This document shows, one piece after another, positions 10,391-23,331 of a DNA stretch of 64,000 nucleotides (within the stretch, counting starts at the first letter, position 1; every line of letters starts with the position of its first letter). The translations under genes were made by a program, and so were the position numbers. Source of the DNA: Vicinamibacterales bacterium. GTDB taxonomy: Bacteria; Acidobacteriota; Vicinamibacteria; Vicinamibacterales; UBA8438. Under the pieces are notes generated by a model that ran no database searches, was not told where the DNA came from, and saw only the letters and a list, made by a program, of their open reading frames with translations. Location of the stretch: assembly GCA_965249175.1 (NCBI GenBank), contig OZ252227.1, forward strand, positions 1,731,762-1,795,761, given 5' to 3'.

Positions 10391-10487
10391 GAAACAAGGG
10401 CCAACGCTGATCACAATAGATCAGACCGCGCTTTTACATGCGAATCCTGATCAGACCTGGTCAGTTCAAGACGCTACATTCGGAATC

Positions 10488-10665
10488 TGTCGCACATCGT
10501 CGCACACGGAGCCCGGACCAGACGCACAGGACTTAAAAAAGCTACACCGGGATCGACACTGGGCCGAAACTCCAACGTTTTGTTGGGGTTTCGGCCCTTC
10601 TTTTGGCTGGCGTTGGGTGCTCTTGGGTGGGGTAGCGACACTCTTTGGGCACACTTTGGGCACAC
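10488..10665 (+). repeat. Tandem short repeats, putative integrase arm-type sites
   Basis: GTCGCACA twice (10489-10506), matching AACGTCGCACA twice at 30236-30257; TTTGGGCACAC twice (10644-10665). Confidence 0.55.
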
Positions 10666-11051
10666 CCGTACAATCCGGCAGTCCGCTCATTCATCCACCG
10701 ATAACCACAGCGATGGGTATAGCCGTGCCCGGGCAGGCTGATCGAGATTCCTCGAACTCCGAGCGCCTCGCAGATGGGGGCGTAGAATCGCTTCTCGCTC
10801 AAGGCCTCGGGTCCCGAGCCGTGCATGTTCACGACGACCGGGGCGCTCGGATCGGCGCTGCCGTAGGTGAAGTACTCGATCTTCTGGCCGTCGTGGGAGG
10901 TCGCATACTTCCCACCGTCCGCATCGAGTCCTGCAGCATCGAACGGTGTCTGCCCTTTGTGCTTCAGATAGAGGCCCCAGAGCGTGAGGGCAAGGAGCCC
11001 GACGCTGGCCACGGCGACGATCCAGAGGATGATCTGAAGGATGGTTATCAT
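10542..11051 (-). pseudogene. Membrane-anchored alpha/beta hydrolase, N-terminal fragment
   Basis: TM anchor then DGQKIEYFTYG...VVVNMHG...ISLPGHG; similarity stops before any nucleophile motif, near the island end. Confidence 0.6.
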
Positions 11052-11178
11052 TTTTCGTGGGTACTGCGCCCGAGACCGTTGGGACTTGGGTCGGCGGTCC
11101 GAGATCTGGATGAATCTGCAGAACCAGTGGGACCTCTGGCACGCCGCGCGCGCGATGCGCCGCGCGTCGTAGACCGCC

Positions 11179-12666
11179 TTATCGCGCAGCATTCACCAGC
11201 GTGCCGAACGCCGCTTCGAGGTTGGCGTTCGCGTCTTCTAGCTTCGCGCGCGTCTCGCCCAGCCAACGACGGCTTCCGTCGACCTCGGCGCGGTGGTCGC
11301 CGAGCATGCGCGTCACCTCCTCCGGCTGTGGACCGCCGAGACCGCGGCGGCTCGTCACCATCTCTTCCGGATCGAGGGCGGCCTGGATGAGTGCGACATC
11401 GATCGGCAGCGGCTCGCCAGATGCCTCTTGATAGAGGTGCCGCAGCTCGTCCGGCGTCAACTCCTTCGGTCGCTTGCCGTTTGCCCGCCCGTACTCGGTG
11501 ATCTCCGATGCGTAGTGATGACCTTCGCGGAACGGAATCTCGGCATGGCGGAGGAGCGTGTCGGCCACCTCGGTCATCGTCGAATAGTCGGCGTCGACCT
11601 CGGCGAGCGAGCGCTCGGGATTGACGACCAAGCCGTTCACGATATCGGCGTAGAGCGTGTACATCTGCCGCGCCTTGGCGACCGTTTCGAGGAGCTGCGC
11701 GCCGCTCCGATAGTCGGTCATTCCAGAGTTGGTGTTGTGCGCGATGAGAAAGACCGTCTGAGCATCGCCGATGATCGTGCTGCTCAAACGGCGCAGCGCC
11801 TCGAGCGTGCTCGGGTTGCGCTTCTGCGGCATGATGCTGCTGATGCCGGTCAGCGACCGGTCGAGCAGCAGCCACGGCAACGGGTCGTGATACTGCGTGT
11901 GAACGTCCTCGCTGAACTGACCGACAGTCACGGCCGATATCGACAGTGCCGAGGCGACCTCGGTCTTCGAGTCGACGGAGGAGATGTGGTTGGCGTCGTA
12001 CGAATTGACGACCGTGCCGTCGAAGCCGAGCACCTCGGCTAACCGCTCGCGGTCGAGCGGGAAGCCGGACGTGCCCAACGCCGCCGCGCCGAGCGGGCTC
12101 AGATTGACCCGGACGTACGCCTCCTGGAGCCGAGCCGCGTCCCGGTCGAGACCGGACGCTAGCGCCAGCAGATAGTGCGCGAGCGAGGTCGGCTGGGCCT
12201 GCACGCCGTGCGTGTAAGCCGGGATGATCGTCCCGGTGTGCTGCTCGGCGAGCGCGAGCAACGCATCGCGCGGCGCGAGCATCGCGTCGTACGTCTCCAG
12301 CAGCGCCTCCCGCGTGGCGAGCCGACGGAAGGTTGAGCCGATGTCCTGCCGGCTCCGGCCGGTGTGGAGCCGTGAAGCATCGCGCCCCGCTACCTCGACC
12401 AGCCGCGCCTCGAAGACGAGGTAGTCGGACGATCGGCGGGCGTCGGGCTTCGCCTGCTCATCGATGACCGTCTCGATGCCGGCCGCAATCGTCCCCGCCA
12501 ACGGCGTCGGCACGAGACCTACCTCTTCCAGCATCACGATCGACGCCTTATTAATCTCGCCGAGGTGGTGGAAGTCGTCGTGCTCGGTCTGCGCCCGCGC
12601 AGGGCTGGCGATGGCGACGGCACCGAGGGCCACCGGAAGGACAACGGCGAGATGAAATCGGGACAT
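11179..12666 (-). CDS. Argininosuccinate lyase-like protein with N-terminal signal peptide
   Basis: LHTGRSRQD, PAYTHGVQAQP, signature SSIMPQKRNP, IPFREGHH; N-terminus MSRFHLAVVLPVALGAVAIASPARA-Q. Confidence 0.85.
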   Translation of the reverse strand: MSRFHLAVVLPVALGAVAIASPARAQTEHDDFHHLGEINKASIVMLEEVGLVPTPLAGTIAAGIETVIDEQAKPDARRSSDYLVFEARLVEVAGRDASRLHTGRSRQDIGSTFRRLATREALLETYDAMLAPRDALLALAEQHTGTIIPAYTHGVQAQPTSLAHYLLALASGLDRDAARLQEAYVRVNLSPLGAAALGTSGFPLDRERLAEVLGFDGTVVNSYDANHISSVDSKTEVASALSISAVTVGQFSEDVHTQYHDPLPWLLLDRSLTGISSIMPQKRNPSTLEALRRLSSTIIGDAQTVFLIAHNTNSGMTDYRSGAQLLETVAKARQMYTLYADIVNGLVVNPERSLAEVDADYSTMTEVADTLLRHAEIPFREGHHYASEITEYGRANGKRPKELTPDELRHLYQEASGEPLPIDVALIQAALDPEEMVTSRRGLGGPQPEEVTRMLGDHRAEVDGSRRWLGETRAKLEDANANLEAAFGTLVNAAR

Positions 12667-12674
12667 GACGTCTC

Positions 12675-13091
12675 CTAGTTGCGCGTGACGTGCGCCGCGA
12701 CCGCGAGCCAACGGCCATCGCGACGGGCCCACACGTCGGTGTAGCGCCCCGAGGCCGCGCTACCGTTCGCTGTCGTATACGTCGTCTGCGCGTGAACGAT
12801 CGCGAAGTCGCCCATCACCTGAATCTCGACGTCGCGAGCGGCGAGATTGGAAATGGTGACCGGCTGCGCCGTGATCTCGAGAAACCGCGTCTTGTCGACG
12901 TATGAGCCGTCGCCGAGCGACGCGTGGAAATCGTCGGCTAAGATCTCTCGAAATCGGTCGACGTCGGAGTGCTGGACCGAGTCGATGTAGGCCTGGTTGA
13001 GCTCTCGCAACGCGTCGACATCGGATTGGGCGCTCACGCTTGAGACCCCCAGTAGACAAATGACCAGCAGGACGGCCATAGCCCGCATCAT
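12675..13091 (-). CDS. NTF2-like (DUF4440-type) exported protein
   Basis: Signal peptide ending VSA-Q; ILADDF...DG..., GRYTDVWARRDGRW pattern. Confidence 0.8.
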   Translation of the reverse strand: MMRAMAVLLVICLLGVSSVSAQSDVDALRELNQAYIDSVQHSDVDRFREILADDFHASLGDGSYVDKTRFLEITAQPVTISNLAARDVEIQVMGDFAIVHAQTTYTTANGSAASGRYTDVWARRDGRWLAVAAHVTRN

Positions 13092-13914
13092 ACTGCCGTG
13101 GGGCGGTCGCGACCGATAGATGCCTGAACCGATGGCGCAAACCCCTATGAGAAGGCGACTTTGCGGCCGTCGAGCAGATCGCATGTGAGGTAGAGGCAGC
13201 GATCGAGCCAGATCCGCGCGTGCGTCGCCTCGCGCACGAGGGCTCCGCCCGCGATCGACACCGCTTCCAGGCGTGCTGTATCGGCGAGGCAGATCGGACG
13301 GTGTACGAGTCCCTGCTTGGGAAGTATGTCCGGGAGGACGACGGCGAGCAGGGAAGTGGCACGCCGTCGGAGGACCCAGCGTGAGCGCGGTGATGGCACC
13401 ACGGGACGGGGGACGGGCGGTCGGCCGCGATGTCTGCTCTGTTGCCCGCGTTGCCGCGTCGCCTGGCATGCCGCGCAGAAGGCGGCCACCGTGACGGCGC
13501 TCGTCGACCTCCTGACGCGCGCGTGGACGTTGGCCCACGCGCTGCAATGCGGGCCCGCGAGAGGGTCATCGGCGGACGGCTGATCCTCTATTAGAGACCG
13601 GGGCTCCCAAGCCCCGACGGGGACGCCGTCCCGATGTCTCTGGCTCCTTGGCTCGGCGCTCGGCCCGTCTGAGATCGCGGCCCAGGGCTGGACATGGGCG
13701 GTGCGGACGCGCCCCGACGGGACGCGGAGTGCGTCGTCGTTGGCCAGTGGGGTCACTGGTTGGCCGGGTCGTGATGCCGACCCTCCAATTTAGGGCGGGT
13801 CAGATTCCGTGGAACCTCATGGCGCCAGGGAGGTTGTCGCCTGCCCACGTCGGACTGCCCGCCTGGCACGACTCTTGGAAACGTTTCCGTGCTCCCCGCA
13901 TCTTAGGGGGCCGT

Positions 13915-14421
13915 GTGTCCATCCATCACCTCACACCCGTTGACTCTGCACACGACGGGAAATTCGCTCACGCGCTGATCGCCGCTGGCGTCCGCACGCG
14001 GGCGCTCGCCGAAGAGGAACGGCCCGTCCCGCAGCCCCGGGCGCGTCGCTTTGCCGCCCGAGTGTCGCTCCGCTATCGGGTCCGTGGCGCTTCTGCGTGG
14101 TCGCCGGGTATCACGGACAACGTGAGCCGCACGGGCGTGCTCTTCCGCACCGATGCCCCGCGCTTGCCCCAGCCCGGCGCAGAGCTGGAGCTGGTGCTGG
14201 AAACGCCGACGCCGAGCCCGCCGGGGCGACCGGACGTGGTCACCGCCCGGGGCGCCGTCGTGCGCGTGACCCACGACCCCCGGCTGCCGGAGATGCTGCC
14301 GGGCGTGGCCGTGGCCGTCGAGTGGCGCGCCCCATTTGCGCGGACAGGCTGCCCGGGTCTACATCCGGCCGAGATCCCGGCCGATAGAGCGGGCACGACC
14401 CGTACGGTGACGGATGGATAG
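13915..14421 (+). CDS. PilZ-domain protein
   Basis: RxxxR (RFAAR) and NxSxxG (NVSRTG) motifs; GTG start after AGGGGG chosen, start uncertain. Confidence 0.7.
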   Translation: MSIHHLTPVDSAHDGKFAHALIAAGVRTRALAEEERPVPQPRARRFAARVSLRYRVRGASAWSPGITDNVSRTGVLFRTDAPRLPQPGAELELVLETPTPSPPGRPDVVTARGAVVRVTHDPRLPEMLPGVAVAVEWRAPFARTGCPGLHPAEIPADRAGTTRTVTDG

Positions 14422-15159
14422 AATGTTCAGGCGACAAGCAGACCGCGCTCCGAGAGCCCGCCCGCTGAGGGTGGTCGAGCCGACACGGAGCGCACCGGTA
14501 CAGGCCCACGAGGCTGGGCCAGCCACCAGGCCGACCCTTCGACTCGGCACCTCGATCGTCATCAAAGGACACCTGTCGGCCTCGGAGGACCTGACCATCC
14601 ACGGCCATTTCGAGGGCGAGATCGAGGTGCGCGGGCATACGGTGACGGTGGGGAATGACGCGGAGGTCGAGGCGCCGATTCACGCCAAGGGCGTCGTGAT
14701 TGAGGGCGCCGTGCGCGGGGACGTGACCGCCATCGACCGTGTCGAGATCCGAGGGTCGGGACGGCTGGACGGGGCCGTCCTGGCGCCCCGGATCGCCGTG
14801 GCGGCCGGCGCGCATGTGCGGGGGACGGTCGAGACCCGGGCCCTCGACGACGCCGCGCAGCCCCCGGAGAACGCGGCGCTACGATCGGTGAACGACCGTG
14901 GCCGCGCGCAGAAGAGCCCGGCTGCGTAGCTCCTGCCCCCGACGGCCCGTCCCGCAGCCCCGGGCGCGTCGCTTTGCCGCCCGAGTGTCGCTCCGCTATC
15001 GGGTCCGTGGCGCTTCTGCGCGGTCGCCGGGTATCACGGACAACGTGAGCCGCACGGGCGTGCTCTTCCGCACCGATGCCCCGCGCTTGCCCCAGCCCGG
15101 CGCAGAGCTGGAGCTGGTGCTGGACACGCCGACGCCGAGCCCGCCGGGGCGACCGGACG

Positions 15160-15161
<2 letters not shown>
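14019..15161 (+). repeat. About 220-bp direct repeat (14019-14238 and 14942-15161) of the PilZ core flanking the bactofilin gene
   Basis: Near-identical text; only two substitutions noticed by eye. The second copy ends at the IS3 terminus. Confidence 0.88.
14414..14929 (+). CDS. Bactofilin (polymer-forming cytoskeletal protein)
   Basis: Beta-helix repeats LGTSIVIKGHL...LTIHGHFEGEI...VIEGAVRGDV...RIAVAAGAHVRG. Confidence 0.88.
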   Translation: MDRMFRRQADRAPRARPLRVVEPTRSAPVQAHEAGPATRPTLRLGTSIVIKGHLSASEDLTIHGHFEGEIEVRGHTVTVGNDAEVEAPIHAKGVVIEGAVRGDVTAIDRVEIRGSGRLDGAVLAPRIAVAAGAHVRGTVETRALDDAAQPPENAALRSVNDRGRAQKSPAA

Positions 15162-17111
<1,950 letters not shown>

Positions 17112-17313
17112 CTCGATCTCAAGCGCGCTTCTTTTGTGCCGCTTGTCAGTCGAGAGACAAAACAACGTGTGGAGCATTTACTTCCTCGGCTCGTGACGTG
17201 ATGAAGGCCCATGTCCTCATGATGGGAAGCAACAATTTGCCGAGCGCGGAAGGACTCAACGTGCTATCAGGCGCGCTGCTTCAACCTACGTCCTAGTCTT
17301 TCAGCAGGCCGCC

Positions 17314-17658
17314 TCATTGCCTATGCTCATTGGAGGCAGGTACCCAGCCCCCGTGAACATTGCCGTACGCATTCGCGGCGGTCGTGCAGTGATATATTGC
17401 GTAGCCCCACGGATTGGCTTCACCTTTTTCCACGAACAGCCACTGCACCTTTCGCCGTACGTCAGCAATGATCTCTGTCCCGCGTGTCGTTGAGTCGTCT
17501 ACCAGCAGTTCAAGCGTGATCACGCTCTTGCGGGGTGGCGACACGCGAGCGACGATTGGAAATGGAGGTTCCTCAGTATCGAACGATCCGTAACTGAGTG
17601 CGATGTGTTCGTCGTCTGGAGAAACCACTCCATCGACAATGTCGAGACGGGAACGCAT
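17314..17658 (-). CDS. Hypothetical protein in a low-GC patch
   Basis: 114-aa ORF with normal composition; no recognisable motif. Confidence 0.4.
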   Translation of the reverse strand: MRSRLDIVDGVVSPDDEHIALSYGSFDTEEPPFPIVARVSPPRKSVITLELLVDDSTTRGTEIIADVRRKVQWLFVEKGEANPWGYAIYHCTTAANAYGNVHGGWVPASNEHRQ

Positions 17659-17785
17659 CGCTGTCGCCTATGCCGACGGTAAATTTGACGCGAATCATCT
17701 TTTTGGTCGGCTCCGTTATCTCACACGAAATGTCGTTGAAGCCAGCACGCCCCCGCGCTAACCCCCGTCCCCGTTGAACCGCCTG

Positions 17786-19117
17786 GGCTCTTCCGGCTTT
17801 TGGGTGGCGGACGACGCCATCGAGGGTGGGCGTGAGTAGATGTAGCATCCCGGCATGCAGGACCGTGACTTGTATGCCCAGCTTCTCGGACTCGAACCAC
17901 CATGGGAAGTCGTCGAGGTGGACATCTCGATGCAAGACCACTCGGTGCAGGTGTTTGTGGCCCTCAGGCCGGATGCATCGACGCCGTGCCCGGAGTGTAG
18001 TGAGCCCTGCCCGCGCCACGACACCCGGACGCGGTCGTGGCGACACCTTGACACGATGCAATACAAGACCATGCTCGTGGGGGAGATTCCTCGAATCGAA
18101 TGTCCGTCGCATGGGATCAGACAGCTGAAGGTGCCCTGGGCGGCCCCCCGGTCTCGCTTCACCGCCCTCTTCGAGTGTCTGGTCATCGAATGGCTGCAGC
18201 ACGCCAGTATAAAAGCCGTCGCCGAGCTGCTCGCCCTGAGCTGGGACCAGGTGGCGGGCATCATGGAGCGCGCGGTGGCCCGCGGTCTCGCCCGCCGTCA
18301 GCTCTCGGTGCCCAAGGTCGTGGGCGTTGATGAGACCTCGTTCCAGCAGCGGCATGAGTACGTGACGGTTGTGTGTGATCCCGGGCGGGCGGCGGTCCTG
18401 TTCGTCTCGGACGGCCGCTCGGCGGAGTCGCTCAGCGGCTTCTTCGACCCGCTCACCGCCTCGGAACGGGCCCGCATCGAGGCGGTCGCGATGGACATGT
18501 CGGGCGCCTACCTGAGCGCGGTCACCCGGGCGTTGGGGCCGGCCGCGCACGAGCGGATTGTCTTCGACAAGTACCACCTCGCCAGCCTGTTGGGCGATGC
18601 GGTGAACAAGGTCCGGCGTGAAGAGCACAAAACGCTGCTAGAGCAACACGACGAGCGCCTCAAGGGCACGCGGCATCTCTTCCTCATGAATCCCTGGAAC
18701 ATGTCGCGGGCGCAGACGGCCGAGCTGACGCAGCTCAAGTCCAGCAACCTCAAGGTCGCCCGAGCCTGGGCCATCAAGGAAACGTTTATGGACGCCTTCG
18801 CGTTTCGCCAACCCAAACGGGCGGAGCGGGCGTTGAAGGAGGTACTCGCCTGGATGGCACGCTCGCGCCTGGCACCCATGATCCGCGCCGCACGGACCGT
18901 CCGACGACATTTCGACGGGGTCATCAACGCCATCATCAGCGGCATCACGAACGCGACCGCCGAGGCCATCAACTCACGCATCCAGTGGATCAAGAAACAG
19001 GCCGCGGGCTTTCGCAGCCGGGAGCGGTTCCGCCAGGCCATCTACTTCCACCTCGGACGCCTGGACCTGTACCCGGATGAAGCACATACTCTTGCCCACC
19101 CGAATTCCTGAAGCGCC
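17786..19117 (+). mobile_element. ISL3-family insertion sequence (transposase 17855-19111)
   Basis: Zn-finger CPEC...WRHLD, GVDE, AMDM, FDKYH, NATAEAINSRIQ; IRs GGCTCTTC / GAAGCGCC; 8-bp TSD ACCGCCTG (17778-17785; right copy split by the next IS). Confidence 0.93.
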
Positions 19118-19123
19118 ACCGCC

Positions 19124-20555
19124 GGGGATGTCCCGTGCGCTGTTGAAACTCAGCGGCGGCTCGGTTCACGACTACGCAACCATCGCTGACGACTCCCCGA
19201 GGCCCAGCCGCGCGTCGCGCGCTCGGAGGGCCGCGACGAGGGCCGGCATATCTTTGCACCCTTTCACCCGACGGAACCCCTTCGCCGCTTCGAGCACCCC
19301 GGCGGCCACCCAGCGCAGCACCATCGTCCCACCGCGCCAACGCTTCACATTCCGTTTCACATGGCGGGTGCGGCTGAGCAGACTCTCAATGGCATTCGTG
19401 GTGGCGAGCGATCGTTGGAGGCGCTCCGACAGCCCCAGGCCGAGCACGGTCAGGGTGTCGTCGAGTCCTTCCCGCACGCTGGCGGCTGCACTCGGGTAGT
19501 CGGTGTCCAAGCGACGCGCGAGGTCCTGCAGCAGACGCGTCGCCGTCTTGACGTGGCGGTTCGTATAGGCGCGCGTGAGGATCGCCTGCACCCACGGCCG
19601 CTGCGCCTCGGGGAGATGCTCCAGGATGTTCCGGCCCTTATGCACTTGACACCGTTGCACGACGGCCGCCCGGCCGAACGTCTGGGTCACCGCGGCGTCG
19701 AGGGCCTTCGCCCCATCGACGATCACCAGGAGGCTCCGGTCGGTGCGAAGTCCGCGGCTCATGAGATTGGTCAACAGCCCCTGACAGACCGTCGCATTCT
19801 CGGTGGCCCCTTCCCAGAGGCCAAGCGGATGGTTGGTGCCCGATTTATCGATGCCCAGGGCGACCACGATACAATGGCTGCCGACGTGCACCCCATCGAT
19901 CAGCAGTACGGCCAGGTCGAGGTTGTCGAGCGGCGTCGCGCGCCACGCGTCCAACTGCGCCTGGGTCTGCGCCACAAAGCGTCGACTGACCGCACTCTTG
20001 CTCGTGCCCCGCGTGGTGATCTCCGCGCCGAGCGGCTCGAGACTCCGCGCATACTGGCGGGTCGCGACGCCGATGAGCCTCTGGTCGACGACCCGCCGGT
20101 TCAGCGGGTCCGCATCCGTGAACGCCCGCACGGTCGGCAGCGGCACCTCCGTGCCGGCGCGGCGGGCACGCGGGCGCCGAATCGCGACCTTGCGCCCGCC
20201 CAACACGACCTGACTGGGGGCATGCCCGGCCCGGTACGCCCGTCGCGCCGCTTGATGCGCATACCGTGGCCCACACACCGCCGCCCGATCCTCTTCGAGC
20301 ATGGCCTCGAGCACCTTCAGGCCCGAGGCCACGACCAGCTCCTGGAGCTCAGCCTCGGTATCCATCAGGATCTCGACCAACGGGAGGTGGCGCACCGACG
20401 GGGATTCCGATTGGCGACGACGAGTGACTGTGCGAGACTGCTGCTTCATGGCGGCTCCTTGCTGGGAGGCTTGCACCTCGGTTTAGTCACCGGTCGTATA
20501 GCACGACCAGTGAAGAGCCGCCGCTTCAAATTTCAACAGCTACTGGGACATCCCC
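19124..20555 (-). mobile_element. IS256-family insertion sequence (transposase about 19172-20449)
   Basis: IDG, VDG, QRCQVHK motifs; IR GGGGATGTCCC...GCTGTTGAAA; 8-bp TSD CCACCGCC (19116-19123 and 20556-20563). Confidence 0.93.
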
Positions 20556-20618
20556 CCACCGCCTGTCGGTCCGCGGTAGGCTAGGCATCTCACCGTTCGT
20601 CGTCGTGGTCGGAGAATA

Positions 20619-20855
20619 GTGATGACTCGACGTTACGTGTACCTCATCGCGGTCGCCATGCTCGTGGCGGTTACCACTGTGCCGATCTACGCGCAGCAGG
20701 AGTACATCGATGAGCTGCGGGCGCTGGCAAACCAAGGGATTGCCGCCGCGCAAAACGACCTCGGGGTTAAATACGCCACCGGCGCCGACCACGACGCGCG
20801 CGAACCTCGCGGCGCACTGGCAGTGGCGATACAGCCGGCTCGAGAACGACTGTAA
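20619..20855 (+). pseudogene. Exported Sel1-repeat protein, N-terminal fragment
   Basis: Signal peptide (IYA-Q) then LRALANQGIAAAQNDLGVKYATG, a single Sel1-like repeat, then degenerates. Confidence 0.65.
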
Positions 20856-21021
20856 TCACACGTACGACCTTCTCATCCAAGCGCTCGCCGACGTGCAGAG
20901 CTACCGGGAGATGACGCACGCGCTTCTCGACGCCCTGCACAATGCCAACAAATTGGCGAAGCGTCACCGCGACACCATGAACCGGCTGCGAAAGGAACGA
21001 CAGGAAGGGCAAAAATCATGA
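20710..21021 (+). CDS. Small hypothetical helical protein, possibly phage-like (true start uncertain)
   Basis: C-terminal part ...YDLLIQALADVQSYREMTHALLDALH... looks coding; the N-terminal part overlaps the Sel1 fragment. Confidence 0.3.
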   Translation: MSCGRWQTKGLPPRKTTSGLNTPPAPTTTRANLAAHWQWRYSRLENDCNHTYDLLIQALADVQSYREMTHALLDALHNANKLAKRHRDTMNRLRKERQEGQKS

Positions 21022-21170
21022 AAACAGAACGGACTGAGTACATCCTCGATCCCGCTTTCTGCAGCACGGGGCTGCGACACCCTCCGCCTCGCCTCGCCTC
21101 GTGTTGAACGCCCCCCTCGTAGGCGGTAGAATCAGCGTCTCCGTCACATCGTCGCTCTTAGGAGGCAGCA

Positions 21171-22448
21171 ATGACGAAAAGCCAATTCCGTGAGTTTTTG
21201 TTCGGAGCGAAACACCTTACCGGACTGCTGGTCGCAGCAGCTACGGTCGCCGTACTCCTTTTCATGGAAGTTGGTGCCGTTGGACAAGAAACTCAGTTCC
21301 CGGTCGACGGTGAACACAGTGTGTCGGCGCTGCCAGAGACTCAGGAGGCGCCGGGATATAACCCGACGACCCCAGCAAAAGTTGAGCTGGGAAGGCTGCT
21401 GTTCTGGGACCCGCTGTTGTCGGGACCCCAAGACGTAGCCTGCGCGACGTGCCATCATCCCATAAACGGCTATGCGGAGGACCGCGACCTGTCGCTCGGC
21501 GTGACGGGCACCGGCCGGGGCCGCTTCCGGCGTGACGGGCATCTCGTCAAACGCAATAGTCCGACGGTTCTGAACGTTGCTTTCAACGGCATCGATGAAT
21601 CGGGCCGCTACGACCCGGCGACTGCGCCGGCGTTCTGGGACAATCGCATCAGGAGCCTCGAATCGCAGGCGCTCGAACCGCTCAAGTCGTTTGAGGAAAT
21701 GCGAGGGGACACCTACCCGGAGGATGAGGCTCTCGCGAGAGTGGTGGCGAAGCTCCAGGCCAACGCCGAGTACCCGAGCCTGTTCGCCGGGGCCTTCGGC
21801 AGTGAACAGCCGGTCACCGCGGAAAACCTAGGCAGGGCGATAGCGGCGTTCATGCGGTCGCTGCTGGCCAACAACTCGCCGTTCGACCGCTACATGCGCG
21901 GCGACCGCAGCGCCATGACGACGGAACAGGTCAGAGGAATGCAGCGCTTCGAGGAGATCGGGTGCATCAGGTGCCACAACGGGCCCATGTTCTCCGATTA
22001 CAAACTGCATGTCATGGGCGTGCCCGACAACCCCGCTCTTGCATCAGGTGCCACAACGCCCGCCTCCGACGGAGGCGCGCAGAACCCTCCTTGCCCGGCA
22101 GCTCCTGGGGAGCCGCGTACTGATGCGTCCCGAGCAGCGTGCGACAGCTATGCGTTTCGCACGGCGTCGCTGCGAAACCTCGAATTGACCTTCCCATACG
22201 GGCACAATGGCATGTTCAGGACGCTGAACGCCGTCGTGGGGTTCTATGAATCCACCATCGCCGGGGAGTCCCGGAACCCGAACGTCCCCTACGAGGAGCT
22301 CGATCAGCGGCTTCGCGAGTTGCAGAACGTGGACGAAGAAGACGTGGATCTGATCGAGTTTTTAATTGCTCTGAGCGATGGGTCGTTCGACCGGACGATT
22401 CCCGAGCGCGTACCGAGCGGCCTGCCCGTCGGCGGAAACATTCAATAG
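21171..22448 (+). CDS. Di-heme cytochrome c peroxidase/MauG-family protein
   Basis: Two CxxCH (CATCH, CIRCH), ELGRLLFWDPLLS, RNSPTVLN, FWD, FRTASLRN, PYGHNG. Confidence 0.9.
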   Translation: MTKSQFREFLFGAKHLTGLLVAAATVAVLLFMEVGAVGQETQFPVDGEHSVSALPETQEAPGYNPTTPAKVELGRLLFWDPLLSGPQDVACATCHHPINGYAEDRDLSLGVTGTGRGRFRRDGHLVKRNSPTVLNVAFNGIDESGRYDPATAPAFWDNRIRSLESQALEPLKSFEEMRGDTYPEDEALARVVAKLQANAEYPSLFAGAFGSEQPVTAENLGRAIAAFMRSLLANNSPFDRYMRGDRSAMTTEQVRGMQRFEEIGCIRCHNGPMFSDYKLHVMGVPDNPALASGATTPASDGGAQNPPCPAAPGEPRTDASRAACDSYAFRTASLRNLELTFPYGHNGMFRTLNAVVGFYESTIAGESRNPNVPYEELDQRLRELQNVDEEDVDLIEFLIALSDGSFDRTIPERVPSGLPVGGNIQ

Positions 22449-22526
22449 AGCAGAGTACGCGCCGTCGTGGTAGGCTGCGAGCTTTTAAACGCCCAAATTT
22501 TGAGGCATAGCGATTGGAGGACTCAC

Positions 22527-23219
22527 ATGAAACCGATCTCTCTGTTTGTACTCGGCGTAATGACGGTTGCGATGAGCGCGCCGGCGCAGGCGCAGGTCTA
22601 TGAGGAGCGCCGGACCGATACGAAAGACCCCATCGAAAAGCCGTTGCTCGCCGCTCCGAACGCGGCTATGGCCAGGAACGCCACGGTCGTTAAGTGGATT
22701 CGGAATCCGGCGAAGAGTCCGGAGGATGACGTCACGGCTGCCGACTTTACGTTTGAAGTTTTGAGGCCCGGCCCCGGCCGTATGATCTGCTACGACCTGA
22801 CCGGCTGGCCTGGAGAGCGGCCGTGGTCGGTGGAGTGCGTTAGCAGCGACGCCAACATGGCGCGCATCGCGCAGAATCGAGCGTTCGCGGAGATGGGGGC
22901 CAAGGCCCAGCCACTGCTGGCAGTGGCCAGTGGAGGCAGGGCCGCCGGGCGTCCTGTCTTGTCGAGCAGCGGCACCGGAGGGATTAGGGAGCTGGTTGTG
23001 GCCGCCGGGGAAGACGGAACGCGTGAGCTGCCCGAAGTCGGGACCATTTGGTATAACCTCCGGGGCGACAGCCAGGACACCGCCATCTGGCACACGTTTA
23101 TCGGCATGCCGAACTTCATGGCGGACGAAGTCGGACTGCCGAATGTTCGCGACGCGGGCGGCGCCTGGCTGATGTTTGAGGGCACGCCGGACGCCCACAT
23201 CATGATAAATGGCCGATAA
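22527..23219 (+). CDS. Exported hypothetical protein
   Basis: GGAGG SD, signal peptide (AQA-Q), two Cys, C-terminal HIMI motif. Confidence 0.7.
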   Translation: MKPISLFVLGVMTVAMSAPAQAQVYEERRTDTKDPIEKPLLAAPNAAMARNATVVKWIRNPAKSPEDDVTAADFTFEVLRPGPGRMICYDLTGWPGERPWSVECVSSDANMARIAQNRAFAEMGAKAQPLLAVASGGRAAGRPVLSSSGTGGIRELVVAAGEDGTRELPEVGTIWYNLRGDSQDTAIWHTFIGMPNFMADEVGLPNVRDAGGAWLMFEGTPDAHIMINGR

Positions 23220-23331
23220 CCGGCAGAGAGTTTCTCGGCCTCGGGGTTTTTGACCACGAATCAGGGGAGGTGTGTGACACCTTCCCCTGATTTCCCGCAG
23301 GTTGGGAATGACTTCGCTTTGCGTGAGCTTT

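Noticed and set aside
10350-10420. Possible second tRNA-Pro
   Set aside because: Only the 3' half is present and the T-stem is mismatched; it is the att duplicate.
13145-13756. ORFs between the NTF2-like and PilZ genes
   Set aside because: No frame shows convincing coding character or motifs; left unannotated.
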